The notes below the pieces were generated by a model. The model was not told where the DNA came from and searched no databases. It was given only the letters and a program-made list of their open reading frames with translations. A stretch of 64,000 nt of DNA, from IMG/VR virus record IMGVR_UViG_3300008120_010803, positions 16,162-80,161 of that record. One strand, written 5' to 3'. Each line of letters opens with the position of its first letter. Positions within the stretch are counted from its first letter, which is position 1. The DNA comes from a virus. Positions 20,593 through 30,376 of this stretch are shown here, in pieces. A program made the position numbers and the translations under genes.

Positions 20593-22608
20593 TTATTTTT
20601 CGATTTTTGTCAAACCTTTTTCCATAACCAAATCCAAAGTGTCACAACCATTGAGATAATCAATCAAATCATGATCATGAGTAGTGATGAAAACCTGTTT
20701 TTCTTTGTTCAATTCACAAATCATGTTGTAAATCCCACTTACTCCTTGAGGATCAACATTTGATGTAACTTCGTCAAGAAATACAATATTTGGAGTTTTA
20801 CCAGAATTCAAAGACATAACATGTGCAAAAGCCTGACTAACAGCTAAATTTATTCTTCTTCTTTGTCCATTGCTCATGGTTTCATAATTGTAAATTTTTT
20901 CATCGGTTGGATACTTTTCAATTGTCTCTTCAAATTCATTATTGAATTTGAGAGTTATTTTATTCTCTATCAAAAATTGCATCCAATAGTCTATGTTCGC
21001 ATTTAAAGCCGGAACGATCTCGTCAATAACATACTTGCGAATTCCCGAATCACCAAATGCTGTAATCCAATAGTCGAAGTATTTGGTAGTTTCAGAAAGA
21101 TTATTATATTCCCTATCTTTAATATCTTTGTTAGCTGAAATATCTTTTATATTGTTTTCAGAAACTTCGATTAGATTTGAATACGGACTCCCTGCCGAAG
21201 CTTCCTTAATTTTCTCAGTAATTTGCGATTTTATTATTTCTATCTTTTGCTCGATAGCTTTTACTTTTTGATTTTCTTCAGGTTTTTTTATCTTCAAAAG
21301 TTCGTTTAACTCTTTCGAAAAAGTAGATTTGTCTTGATTGCATTTTTTGATTGCATCTTTTATAGAATTTAACTTTTGATTACAAACTTTATAATTTTGA
21401 TCTATTTTATCTAATTTCTCTTTTTCTGATGCAAGCTTTTCAGTCTTTGATTGTTTTTCTTGTGTGTAATTTGCAGCTTCATTTTTATAGTTTTGCAAAA
21501 CTAAATCGTGGGATTCTTTGTTCACGACAGAAAGACAATGGGAGCATTGAACTCCATCTTCCAGATTTTCAATTTTTGTTATATTTGAATTAGCTTTAAA
21601 TATGCTTGAATCTAAATCCCTGATTTCAGTACGAATGTCCGAACAAACTATTGTTTGTGAATCAAATGCAGACTTCATTTTAGAAGCTAATTCAGAAAAA
21701 GTTGTTTCGTTTTTTTCATGAGATTGTAGACTATCATCCAAATCAGCTATATTTTTTTCCAGTATCGTAATTTTTTCTACTACTTGTTCATACTTTTTAT
21801 GTTCAGAATCGTCAGCTAATGCTTTTTCTTTTTCATCAGATAAAATTTCGATAGCTAGTTTTAACTTTTGTAGCTCTGATTTTTTATTTTCTTTCCAATC
21901 TTCTTGTGACTTCTTCAATCTAGTCAAATTCAATTCTTCGTCAGAAAGACTTTTTTGACAGAATGAAATATCTTTTTCTAAATTTTTTATAGTTTCCTTA
22001 TGTGCTTTTTGCAAAACCTTGGCATTTTCATGATACTTTCTGTATTTCTCTAACGAAAGCAAATTTTCAACTATTTCTCTTTTGTCCGCTGCATCACATT
22101 CTAGAAACGAACTTGATGAATCATCTGTAAACACAGCGACATTTATAAATGTTTCATAAGACATACCGATAATATCTTCAATAAATGCTTGTGTAGCAGG
22201 CATGCCACCAAGTGTTATTTCTGAGGATTCGTCCCACTTGTCTTCAGAACTTTTCCAAAGACGAAGGCTGTCTGGCTTTCTGGTTCTTTGTAACTTGTAG
22301 TCATCCCAATAAATTTCAACTTTAAGCTTCTTGCCAACTGATTGATTGATTATGTCTTTGTGGTTGATTTTATTGGGTTTCCGAATAGTTTTACCATATA
22401 ACCCGTAGACAAGAATCGCTGGAATAGATGATTTTCCAGCACCATTACTTGAATGCTTTTCAGTAATTGATGTGTTTTCAACTGTGTCTAGATTTTTTCC
22501 ACGAATCAAAACTATGTTGTTGAAATTTGAAAAGTCTATAGAAACTCCATCGGAGCCAAAACACATAAAATTTTCAGCATACATCTTTTTGAAGTTGATC
22601 TTTTTCAT
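20593..22608 (-). CDS. gp46/SbcC/Rad50-like recombination ATPase
   Basis: NGAGKS, coiled coil with CSHC hook, MSNGQ signature, FLDE, TTHD. Confidence 0.93.
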   Translation of the reverse strand: MKKINFKKMYAENFMCFGSDGVSIDFSNFNNIVLIRGKNLDTVENTSITEKHSSNGAGKSSIPAILVYGLYGKTIRKPNKINHKDIINQSVGKKLKVEIYWDDYKLQRTRKPDSLRLWKSSEDKWDESSEITLGGMPATQAFIEDIIGMSYETFINVAVFTDDSSSSFLECDAADKREIVENLLSLEKYRKYHENAKVLQKAHKETIKNLEKDISFCQKSLSDEELNLTRLKKSQEDWKENKKSELQKLKLAIEILSDEKEKALADDSEHKKYEQVVEKITILEKNIADLDDSLQSHEKNETTFSELASKMKSAFDSQTIVCSDIRTEIRDLDSSIFKANSNITKIENLEDGVQCSHCLSVVNKESHDLVLQNYKNEAANYTQEKQSKTEKLASEKEKLDKIDQNYKVCNQKLNSIKDAIKKCNQDKSTFSKELNELLKIKKPEENQKVKAIEQKIEIIKSQITEKIKEASAGSPYSNLIEVSENNIKDISANKDIKDREYNNLSETTKYFDYWITAFGDSGIRKYVIDEIVPALNANIDYWMQFLIENKITLKFNNEFEETIEKYPTDEKIYNYETMSNGQRRRINLAVSQAFAHVMSLNSGKTPNIVFLDEVTSNVDPQGVSGIYNMICELNKEKQVFITTHDHDLIDYLNGCDTLDLVMEKGLTKIEK

Positions 22609-22610
22609 GG

Positions 22611-23687
22611 TTATTCTCCGTCTTTATCTTGGTGATGAATGATGCTCATGCCAATTTTTACCAGAAGCTCTTCTTCTAGTTTATTGGGGTTCACCTGCAT
22701 CACATATTTTTCAACCAATTTGTTTTCATCAGCAAGAATGCTTTTTGCATCATGCAAAACATGTTCTTCAAGCTTTTTCGCATTTTGTCGAATTTGCACA
22801 GATGCAAGATTCAAACTCTCTATTTTTTTTTCGATTTGTTTTTTTGCCTTACTGTCAATCGTTTCATCGGAAATAATTGTGACAAACGATTGGTTTAACA
22901 CATCTTTATCATAATTGTCTATCTGGTCTTCTCTGATATAAAAGTGCTTAGGGCTAAAATTATTATCAATATACTTCATCTTATTTGTTTTAGTATCCAA
23001 CAAGATTATGTGTTTAGACTCATGCGCCTCACCGAAAGAAAGTTGCAGAGGACTACCTATGTACTCTATTGTTTTAGATAGCTTTTGTGCGCTATGGTAG
23101 TGTCCTAAGTAAACATGGACATAATTGGAAAAAATCTTCCTGTCTACCTTGGTCATGTCTCCATCATGCTCGATGACAACATCAGAAACTGATCCAGCTG
23201 AATTCAACTTTGAGCCATCAACAGCTATATGAGCAAGTAAATAACTTGATGATACTTCATTCGAAGGTAATTTCTCTAGTTCTTTGATTGGATCATGAGT
23301 GTAAGGTATGAAGTGCCAATTCGCATCCATGATTTTTATACTTTTGGTTTCACAAACAGTCTCAAAATTTTTAAGTGCGCCAAAAGGGTAAATGCTATTC
23401 ACATTCCAATTACTTGAAAACCACATATCGTGATTGCCAAGCAACAAATATGTTTTAAAATTGTAATTTTGATATTTTTCAAGTATTTTAAAAACTTCTG
23501 TAAAAGTCAAAGAGTCAATTTTCTGTCGTTCATGCAATAGGTCACCACCAAACAATACTGCATCAACATTATTTTCAACAGCTTGCTCAAAACACCAATT
23601 CAAACACTTAAGACAATCGTTTAAACGATTGTGACTCTTTTTATGTGGGTGAACATGAATGTCAGAGAAAAGAAGTATTTTTGCCAT
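22611..23687 (-). CDS. gp47/SbcD/Mre11-like nuclease
   Basis: SDIH, GGDLLH, LGNHD, GHYH, YIGSP. Confidence 0.93.
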   Translation of the reverse strand: MAKILLFSDIHVHPHKKSHNRLNDCLKCLNWCFEQAVENNVDAVLFGGDLLHERQKIDSLTFTEVFKILEKYQNYNFKTYLLLGNHDMWFSSNWNVNSIYPFGALKNFETVCETKSIKIMDANWHFIPYTHDPIKELEKLPSNEVSSSYLLAHIAVDGSKLNSAGSVSDVVIEHDGDMTKVDRKIFSNYVHVYLGHYHSAQKLSKTIEYIGSPLQLSFGEAHESKHIILLDTKTNKMKYIDNNFSPKHFYIREDQIDNYDKDVLNQSFVTIISDETIDSKAKKQIEKKIESLNLASVQIRQNAKKLEEHVLHDAKSILADENKLVEKYVMQVNPNKLEEELLVKIGMSIIHHQDKDGE

Positions 23688-23728
23688 GAAGGCATCATAC
23701 CAACAATCCGAATAAATTCAAATACAAA

Positions 23729-24007
23729 TCACTTCGACTTATTAGTGTCTTGTGGAAATTTTTCTTTGATATAGTCAGATAAATCTTTCCAAACTTCGTA
23801 CACATCCATTTTAGTTTTGGGTGCTCCCCCAGCCGGTGCTGCACCTCCACCCATATCTGGTGGTGGTCCTCCCGGTGGCAGTCCTCCTCCCATGTCAGGA
23901 GGCCCTCCAGCCGGTGGCCCTCCGGGGGGTGGTGCTGCCCCTAAATCTGGAGGCGGTGCATCTTCTTCTTTGAAAAGATACTGTATATATTCCCTGAAAG
24001 TTTTCAT
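23729..24007 (-). CDS. Pro/Gly-rich small protein with capsid-targeting-like leader
   Basis: MKTFREYIQYLFKEE then PPPGGPP repeats; ATAAATA 6 nt upstream. Confidence 0.7.
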   Translation of the reverse strand: MKTFREYIQYLFKEEDAPPPDLGAAPPPGGPPAGGPPDMGGGLPPGGPPPDMGGGAAPAGGAPKTKMDVYEVWKDLSDYIKEKFPQDTNKSK

Positions 24008-24062
24008 CGATAGTATTTATAGCAAATCAAATCAAATTTGATCCATAAACAATAAATATAAT

Positions 24063-24488
24063 ATGATCAAATTTGACAGATGGAGAGGTTTGAACGAGGA
24101 TGTTGAAAATCCCGTGCCCCAACCTAGACCAGCACCTGCTGCTACTACGGTTGCTCCTGCGACACCTGCTGTAAAAATAAAGCCTTGGAAAGCGGGTAAA
24201 GATGAGATTATGAATTTTTGGAAGGGTGTACAAACCAATATGCCTTTTGCTTTGAAGCCCATTTCATATGACCATAAAGGATCAACAATTCAGGAAGATG
24301 GTTTGCGTATTACAGGCTCTAAAGAATTTATTCAAAGTGTTTTATCTAGATTGAAAGATTTCATGATTTATGAAAATCCTGATACCAAGCTAATGGTTTC
24401 TTATAGGCAATCTCCAAAAAGCCTAACACCGGGGAATAGAAATAGCTATACATTTTATTTGCAAGTAAAACAAAGAGGAAAGAAATAA
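24063..24488 (+). CDS. hypothetical protein with capsid-targeting-like leader
   Basis: MIKFDRWRGLNE; ATAAATA 4 nt upstream. Confidence 0.7.
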   Translation: MIKFDRWRGLNEDVENPVPQPRPAPAATTVAPATPAVKIKPWKAGKDEIMNFWKGVQTNMPFALKPISYDHKGSTIQEDGLRITGSKEFIQSVLSRLKDFMIYENPDTKLMVSYRQSPKSLTPGNRNSYTFYLQVKQRGKK

Positions 24489-24492
24489 ATTA

Positions 24493-24672
24493 TTATTTGT
24501 GGCTTTTCTTTTTTTTATGTTTCTTTACCGTCATTTTGTCTAAAAAGTTTTGCGAATTTTTAATTGATCCGTCTACCTTCTTGCCAAGGTTTGCTTGATT
24601 TTCAACCATTCTTTCCGCTTTTTTTTCTAAGCTATTGAAAATTCGGACAACATTATCTAATTCTTCATACAT
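24493..24672 (-). CDS. small hypothetical protein (59 aa)
   Basis: Manual ORF MYEELDNVVRIFNSLEKKAE... with AAAGGG upstream. Confidence 0.45.
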   Translation of the reverse strand: MYEELDNVVRIFNSLEKKAERMVENQANLGKKVDGSIKNSQNFLDKMTVKKHKKKKSHK

Positions 24673-24747
24673 TTGAGTGCCCTTTCATTCGGTAGCTTAT
24701 TTACACTCTTTAAATTAAATATAAAAGTACATTTGGTTTTAATGTAA

Positions 24748-25509
24748 TCAATAATTGAAACTTGCAATCCATTCAACATCCTCCCTTACATTCCGTATTT
24801 CATCTCTTTGAAATAAGATCAATCTCCAATACAATTCATCCCAATCGACATTGTTTGGATGATTGACTGTTTTTTCTTTTTCTTGGTTAGACATCTTGTT
24901 TTGAATCTGTAGTTTTCTCATTTGCATTTCTGGACCCATAGAACAAAATCCGTAATAAAATATCCATAAATCATAAAATGAGGGCTGATTAGGATAATGC
25001 CTTCCACCTTCAATCGGATATTCTATATTTTTATTGTGTATGCTTCTGCTAGAACGAAAGCACATACTCAACATGTTGGTTCTATCCATCCAGTCTTTAT
25101 ATCCTGTGAAACATTGCTCATGTAAAGGCTTATTCTTGTCCAGTACAAAATTTCCGTTTACATCTATGAACACATAATTTCCTAGGTACTTTTGTTCTGG
25201 ATCGGTTATGTTTAAAAGCTGTTTTGTATTGCCATACAGGAACTCAGTTGTATTCAAAGCCAGTTTCCATCCAGACACAGTTCTTTCATAGTACTCGACC
25301 TCTCTGTCTACTGATGCTGCATCAAAGTGCTTGTTTGTAGTTTTTACGATAGTCCATTCAGGGCATATTTCTTTTATGACTTCAACACTTCGATCTGTGC
25401 TGCCGTAATCTATTAGTATGGCATCGTCACAAATTCGCTTATGATGTTTACACCACCACGGGAGCAAATACTCTTCGTTGTAGAAATGACTTATTATTGT
25501 GAGTCCCAT
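24748..25509 (-). CDS. glycosyltransferase family 2-like
   Basis: HFYNEEYLLPWW, LIDYGSTDRS; the usual DxD position reads NTTEF. Confidence 0.78.
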   Translation of the reverse strand: MGLTIISHFYNEEYLLPWWCKHHKRICDDAILIDYGSTDRSVEVIKEICPEWTIVKTTNKHFDAASVDREVEYYERTVSGWKLALNTTEFLYGNTKQLLNITDPEQKYLGNYVFIDVNGNFVLDKNKPLHEQCFTGYKDWMDRTNMLSMCFRSSRSIHNKNIEYPIEGGRHYPNQPSFYDLWIFYYGFCSMGPEMQMRKLQIQNKMSNQEKEKTVNHPNNVDWDELYWRLILFQRDEIRNVREDVEWIASFNY

Positions 25510-25571
25510 GATTGCCTCTTGAAATCCTCAAGAATTAAATTATTATTGGATTTTTACCACAGGAAAAAAAC

Positions 25572-26618
25572 ATGTACAACTTCACGGATGAACAAAAAAA
25601 TCTTATAGACTTTGTTTTAAAGGAATATAAACAACAACCATATTTGACGCTTGGAGGCGTTGCTGGTTCGGGTAAATCAACTTGCCTTGCACACCTTCAT
25701 AATAAACTTGCAAACTTTAAGGTGTGCGCTTACACCGGCAAAGCTGCAAATGTACTTAGAAAGAAAGGAATAGCAAACGCTGCCACAATACATTCCACTA
25801 TATATGAGTATTACGATAATGAGGGAGAACTTGAATTTAGAAGAAAATTTAAAAATGAAATTGATTTTTCAGGACTGTTTGTTGATGAAGCCAGTATGGT
25901 AAGTGAAGATATATTTGATGATCTTTTAAGTTTTGGTGTTCCTATTATTTTTTTTGGTGATCATGGGCAGCTAGAGCCTGTGCAATCTAAATTTAATTTG
26001 ATGAAAAGTCCCCAAGTTGTTCTTGAAACAATTCACCGTAATGCAAACACGATTGCTAAATTTGCTGATTTCCTTAGAAAAGGAAACGATGCCAAATCTT
26101 TTAAGGAATTTGATGACACCGTACAGTTATTGCCAAAGAGACTTGTAAAAACAGAAGATTTTACAAAAACTGATCAGGTCATATGTGCTTTTAATAAAAC
26201 AAGAAATCTGATTAATAGAAAAGTCAGGGAGTTTCTCGGATATGAAAAGACTGTGGTTAAGAATGAAAAGATTATATGCTTGAAAAATAATAAAAAACTT
26301 GGTATATTTAACGGGATGCAAGGAACAGTATTAAATACGGCTAGAAACATAATTACATTCAAGGATGATACCAACAATATCATATCTGTAAAAGCATTTA
26401 TGCCTCAATTTGGGGTAGATAAGTTGCATGAATCTGCTAATAACGAAAAGGATAAAGGTTATTTTGATTATGGATATTGTATCACTTGTCATAAGGCACA
26501 AGGTGATGAATGGAATAGAATCATCGTGATTGAGGAAAAGTGTGATCTTTGGGATCACAGAAGATGGGCATACACAGCTGCTTCAAGAGCTAAAACAAAC
26601 ATCGTATGGGCAATTTAA
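25572..26618 (+). CDS. Dda/RecD-like SF1 helicase
   Basis: GVAGSGKS, AYTGKAA, TIHS, VDEASM, GDHGQL, TCHKAQG, YTAASRA. Confidence 0.93.
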   Translation: MYNFTDEQKNLIDFVLKEYKQQPYLTLGGVAGSGKSTCLAHLHNKLANFKVCAYTGKAANVLRKKGIANAATIHSTIYEYYDNEGELEFRRKFKNEIDFSGLFVDEASMVSEDIFDDLLSFGVPIIFFGDHGQLEPVQSKFNLMKSPQVVLETIHRNANTIAKFADFLRKGNDAKSFKEFDDTVQLLPKRLVKTEDFTKTDQVICAFNKTRNLINRKVREFLGYEKTVVKNEKIICLKNNKKLGIFNGMQGTVLNTARNIITFKDDTNNIISVKAFMPQFGVDKLHESANNEKDKGYFDYGYCITCHKAQGDEWNRIIVIEEKCDLWDHRRWAYTAASRAKTNIVWAI

Positions 26619-26625
26619 GGAAAAC

Positions 26626-28044
26626 ATGAGCACTAAAATAATAGTCAACAACGACATTAGCGTATTGTCATCAAACAATAACGAATTACTCAAATTTCTA
26701 TTTGATAATTTGAGATTTAGAGATAGATCATATTTTCACAATGCTAGATTCAGACAGCGCCTGTGGGATGGGTATACTAATTTTTTTAATCAAACTAATG
26801 GTAAATTCCTTACTGGACTGCTTCCAGAAGTTTATGGTGCATGTAAACACTTTAATGAAAAAGTAGAATTTGTTGATAATAGGACAAAATGTGATTTTGC
26901 AATTAGTAAAATTACACCTGATTTCATGAATCAATGGCTTCCTGAAGGTATGAGTCCAATCACTCTCGAAGATTATCAATGTGAATTAGCAAATCAAGCT
27001 ATAAAAAATAAGCGTGGTATTATATTTGCTCCAACTAGCGCTGGCAAGTCATTAATTATGTTATCTATTTTAAAGTCTTTGCCTCCTGAAACCAATACTC
27101 TTATTTTGCAAAATAGAAAGACCCTTGCTGCCCAAAACTACGATGAGTATGTAAAGTGGGGCCTACCCAATGTAGGTAGAATCTGGCAAGGATATAACGA
27201 GCCGAATACATTTACTGTAGCAACAGTTCAATCCATGGAAAAAGCTTTGGATATATTACCAAAAACTCAAGTTTTACTTGTTGACGAAATACATGACATG
27301 ATGTCAGCTGCACCTAAAAAGGTTTATAGGTTACTCAAAAATTGCTCTGTAAGAATAGCGGTTAGTGCAACACCATTTAAATATGGAGAAAAAGATAAGA
27401 TACAGAAATATTATGTTAAAGGATTTTTTGGCCCATTATTTAAAATTCAATCTACTGAAACAGGTTTAATCACTACAAAAGAATTACAGGAACGAGGAAG
27501 GCTATCAAAAAGCAAATGCACATTTTATAAGATTAAAGAACCTCAATTAGATTATGAAATTTATATAGACGCTGTTACAAAAGGCCTAGTGGAAAATACT
27601 GCTTTTCATCAAAAAGTCGTTGGCCTTACCATGGATATGAAAGGTCGAACCCTCATTCTTGTTGAAAGACTTGCCCATGGGGATGCCCTGAAACAATTAA
27701 TTCCGCATGCCTTGTGGGTACAAGGAAAAGATGATAATGAAACCAGACAGGAAGTTATAAAAAAGCTACAAAAATCTAAAAATTGCATTGCTATTGCTAC
27801 ACAAGGAATCTTTAATACTGGAATTAATGTTTTTGTGCATAACCTTGTAAATGCTGCTGGGGGTCAGGCAGATCACTTGATTATCCAAAGAATGGGCAGA
27901 GGATTAAGAACAGCCAAGGATAAAGACGACTTAAATTATATTGATTTTGTTTTTGATATTAATCCATATTTGCACAAGCATAGCATGAAAAGAATTAAGA
28001 TACTAAAAGAACAAGGGCATGAGGTACAAGTATTAGATTTTTAA
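26626..28044 (+). CDS. uvsW: UvsW-like SF2 helicase
   Basis: WDG N-domain motif, APTSAGKS, VDEIH, SATP, QRMGRGLR; start MSTKII with AAGGA SD. Confidence 0.88.
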   Translation: MSTKIIVNNDISVLSSNNNELLKFLFDNLRFRDRSYFHNARFRQRLWDGYTNFFNQTNGKFLTGLLPEVYGACKHFNEKVEFVDNRTKCDFAISKITPDFMNQWLPEGMSPITLEDYQCELANQAIKNKRGIIFAPTSAGKSLIMLSILKSLPPETNTLILQNRKTLAAQNYDEYVKWGLPNVGRIWQGYNEPNTFTVATVQSMEKALDILPKTQVLLVDEIHDMMSAAPKKVYRLLKNCSVRIAVSATPFKYGEKDKIQKYYVKGFFGPLFKIQSTETGLITTKELQERGRLSKSKCTFYKIKEPQLDYEIYIDAVTKGLVENTAFHQKVVGLTMDMKGRTLILVERLAHGDALKQLIPHALWVQGKDDNETRQEVIKKLQKSKNCIAIATQGIFNTGINVFVHNLVNAAGGQADHLIIQRMGRGLRTAKDKDDLNYIDFVFDINPYLHKHSMKRIKILKEQGHEVQVLDF

Positions 28045-28331
28045 TCTCCAAGAATTGTTTTAACCAATTCTGCTAAAGTTGCGTTTCCAGTTTCTACCAT
28101 TTTAAGTATTTCTTGTTTGGTAAAGTCGGATAAATCTTCAAACATCTTCCAATTCATTATTTTTGCTTTCAACAAATCAAGATCGTACTCTTTCATTCGC
28201 TTTTGATTAAGCTCTTTGTTGTCTTTAACTTTTATAGGATGTATTTGAATAAGAAGTGCGTCTTTGATATTATCAAATGTATTTCTTGATTCAGATTCTA
28301 TCCAAATTTTAAAATTTGAAAAAGTATTCAT
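28041..28331 (-). CDS. hypothetical protein with capsid-targeting-like leader
   Basis: MNTFSNFKIWIESE; ATAAATA 4 nt upstream. Confidence 0.65.
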   Translation of the reverse strand: MNTFSNFKIWIESESRNTFDNIKDALLIQIHPIKVKDNKELNQKRMKEYDLDLLKAKIMNWKMFEDLSDFTKQEILKMVETGNATLAELVKTILGD

Positions 28332-28351
28332 GTTTTATTTATACATAATAT

Positions 28352-29176
28352 ATGCAAGAAAATATGACATTTATGGAATGGCTTGGTGTCCCCCCGGAAC
28401 AAATGTTCGGTTTTGTGGGAAATTTCGGACCAAAAGCAACTGAAAAAACAAAAGTTTATTCCGAAGAGCCTTTGGAACCGCTACAAGTGTCTCTCATTTT
28501 AGACGAATTAGGATGGCTCGGATCAATTAATAATAAAAAGCCTCAAAGATTGTTCGAAAATGTTATGAGCTACGGAGATGTTGCAGACAGAATGCAAGTT
28601 GTTGTATCTCCATATGGCTCTCTTAAAATTATATTAAGAAAAGTCGCAACCACTTTGGAGGGAAGCTACATACCACTTTGTTATTCAATATATCCACTTA
28701 TTAATGATTATAATCATAATGGAGAAAATGATGATCATATTGAAAATATGATAGCAAATAAAATTGCAGATAAGCTTAATGAAATGGATAAAAGAATGAT
28801 GTTAGGTGGAGAACGAAATTTTGAAGGCACCAGAGAATTGGTTTTAGAAATGGCTCAACATGTGAGAGCAAATCATCCTAGGTGTATGCACTTTGAGGGT
28901 GTAATTCAAAATGGAGAAAATGATTACACAATATACTTGCAATATAATGGACAAGGTGTTGAGGCCCCATCTGCCAAAAGAGTTGAGCAGTTTGATATAC
29001 ATCTGAATTACGATAAGGATACTGGATTGATTCGTTGCTGGGCTAATGAAATTACTAGTCCTACAAGACAACATCTTTGGCAAGTCCAACCTAGTGAATG
29101 GGATGAATACTTTTCTCCTAAACAAAAAAATAGTGAGATTGTTGAGTGTATAATGAACGCTCTATATACCTATTAA
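28352..29176 (+). CDS. hypothetical protein, possible internal head protein
   Basis: MTFMEWL leader; ATACATA 4 nt upstream of ATG. Confidence 0.65.
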   Translation: MQENMTFMEWLGVPPEQMFGFVGNFGPKATEKTKVYSEEPLEPLQVSLILDELGWLGSINNKKPQRLFENVMSYGDVADRMQVVVSPYGSLKIILRKVATTLEGSYIPLCYSIYPLINDYNHNGENDDHIENMIANKIADKLNEMDKRMMLGGERNFEGTRELVLEMAQHVRANHPRCMHFEGVIQNGENDYTIYLQYNGQGVEAPSAKRVEQFDIHLNYDKDTGLIRCWANEITSPTRQHLWQVQPSEWDEYFSPKQKNSEIVECIMNALYTY

Positions 29177-29856
29177 AATTCAAAACCAAAATACTTATTG
29201 TACATATCTGATAATTCTTTGATGTCAAAGTCTTTTAGGTTTTCTATGTTCGATAGGTCTATTATATCAGTTCTTATTTGATCAGGTAATTTCTGAATCC
29301 ATTTCGAGCAAAAAACATATAATGGACTTATTTTTTTAAGTATGACAAACCTCAAAATATTTGGAGATTCTTTAATATAATTTTCTAAAGAAACATCTTC
29401 TTTTAATAAATCTTTTATTGTACGCAGAGTAAGTTCAAATTCACTAACCACATTGGCTTCGAGATGAGCATAAGCTACTTTTGTAGTTTGCCTTTTTTCC
29501 TTAATTAATTTTTTCCACACAGCCCATCGGGCCTTTGCTTTATCTCCATGCAACAATGAGGGATCAACAAGTATACGATGGCCTTCTTTTTGGAGTTTGT
29601 GTGCTATTTCTAGTTGTGCTCTCATATACAGAACAAATTGAAAACCACTCAATGTTTCTTTGTTTGCTTTGACAAACTTCAACATATGTTTGAAAACAAT
29701 ACTTTTTCGAATATCTCCTTTTTTTGCTACCCTTGGGTGGCAATAATTTGGTAAAATCTTTCTTGTTAATTCAATCCATTGACAACAAAGTTGGTAGGCA
29801 AGAATCTCATCTTGATTGAGTCCTAGTTCCAGAGCCATATGTGGGTCGTATTTCAT
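29173..29856 (-). CDS. hypothetical protein (weakly gp59 helicase-loader-like)
   Basis: 227 aa, basic and helical; PNILRFVILKKISPLY loosely recalls the gp59 C-domain; divergent from the polA-dnaB operon. ORF is solid, function speculative. Confidence 0.5.
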   Translation of the reverse strand: MKYDPHMALELGLNQDEILAYQLCCQWIELTRKILPNYCHPRVAKKGDIRKSIVFKHMLKFVKANKETLSGFQFVLYMRAQLEIAHKLQKEGHRILVDPSLLHGDKAKARWAVWKKLIKEKRQTTKVAYAHLEANVVSEFELTLRTIKDLLKEDVSLENYIKESPNILRFVILKKISPLYVFCSKWIQKLPDQIRTDIIDLSNIENLKDFDIKELSDMYNKYFGFEF

Positions 29857-29872
29857 ACTTCCAAGTTTACAC

Positions 29873-29902
29873 TTTACAAAATGTTTGGCAATAGACTATA
29901 AT
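29873..29902 (+). promoter_or_regulatory. sigma70-type promoter driving the structured RNA / polA operon
   Basis: TTTACA (29873-78), 18-nt spacer, TATAAT (29897-902). Confidence 0.6.
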
Positions 29903-29909
29903 GCATTTG

Positions 29910-30310
29910 TGATTCAAGTAGGGTGAAGTGTCAACCCAAACGATGATCATTTTAAAAATTGAAAGAAGTGAATTTGTTAAAAATTCTATTCAATTGATTT
30001 TTAAAATCAAAACCTGTCGGAGCGGTACTCCCTGCTAAGCCCATTAGGTAATACGGGAACCTAATGACCGACTTGAAGACAAGGTGAGCCTGTGCTTCGC
30101 CAAAAACGGCAGGCAGTAATTAGTCTAACTAATTACAGGGGTGCAGGTTAAGCGTCTTAAAATCGACACATTAAACCAAGACTAAGTTTATATACTTAGC
30201 AATAAGGTTTAAGTAGCTGTGAGAAAACTTATTTAAGTTTTTTTTCTCACACCTCCTTAAGCCTGCCCCCCGGTTTGGTTTTATTTTTAAATGATTTATA
30301 ATAAGCCAAA
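29910..30310 (+). ncRNA. candidate large structured non-coding RNA (or RNA-primed origin) upstream of polA-like gene
   Basis: ORF-free 520-bp gap with at least eight stems, including nested multibranch junctions: GTCGG/CCGAC, CATTAGGT/ACCTAATG, GTAATTAG/CTAATTAC, GGGGTGCAGGTTAAG/CTTAAGCCTGCCCCC, TTAAACC/GGTTTAA, CTAAGT/ACTTAG, TGTGAGAAAA/TTTTCTCACA. Confidence 0.65.
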
Positions 30311-30376
30311 TTTTAGTTTGTTTTATTGTGCCGTTTTTGTATGCTTATTGGATTCCCTTCTTTATAGGAATATTCC

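Noticed and set aside
23817-23960. GC-rich repetitive stretch
   Set aside because: Explained by Pro/Gly codons of 23729..24007; no regular repeat-spacer periodicity.
30013-30075. tRNA, SRP or twister/pistol identity for the first junction of the structured region
   Set aside because: No T-loop/anticodon cloverleaf, no SRP GGAA/AGCAG domain, and only a superficial AAGCCC similarity to small ribozymes; left unassigned.
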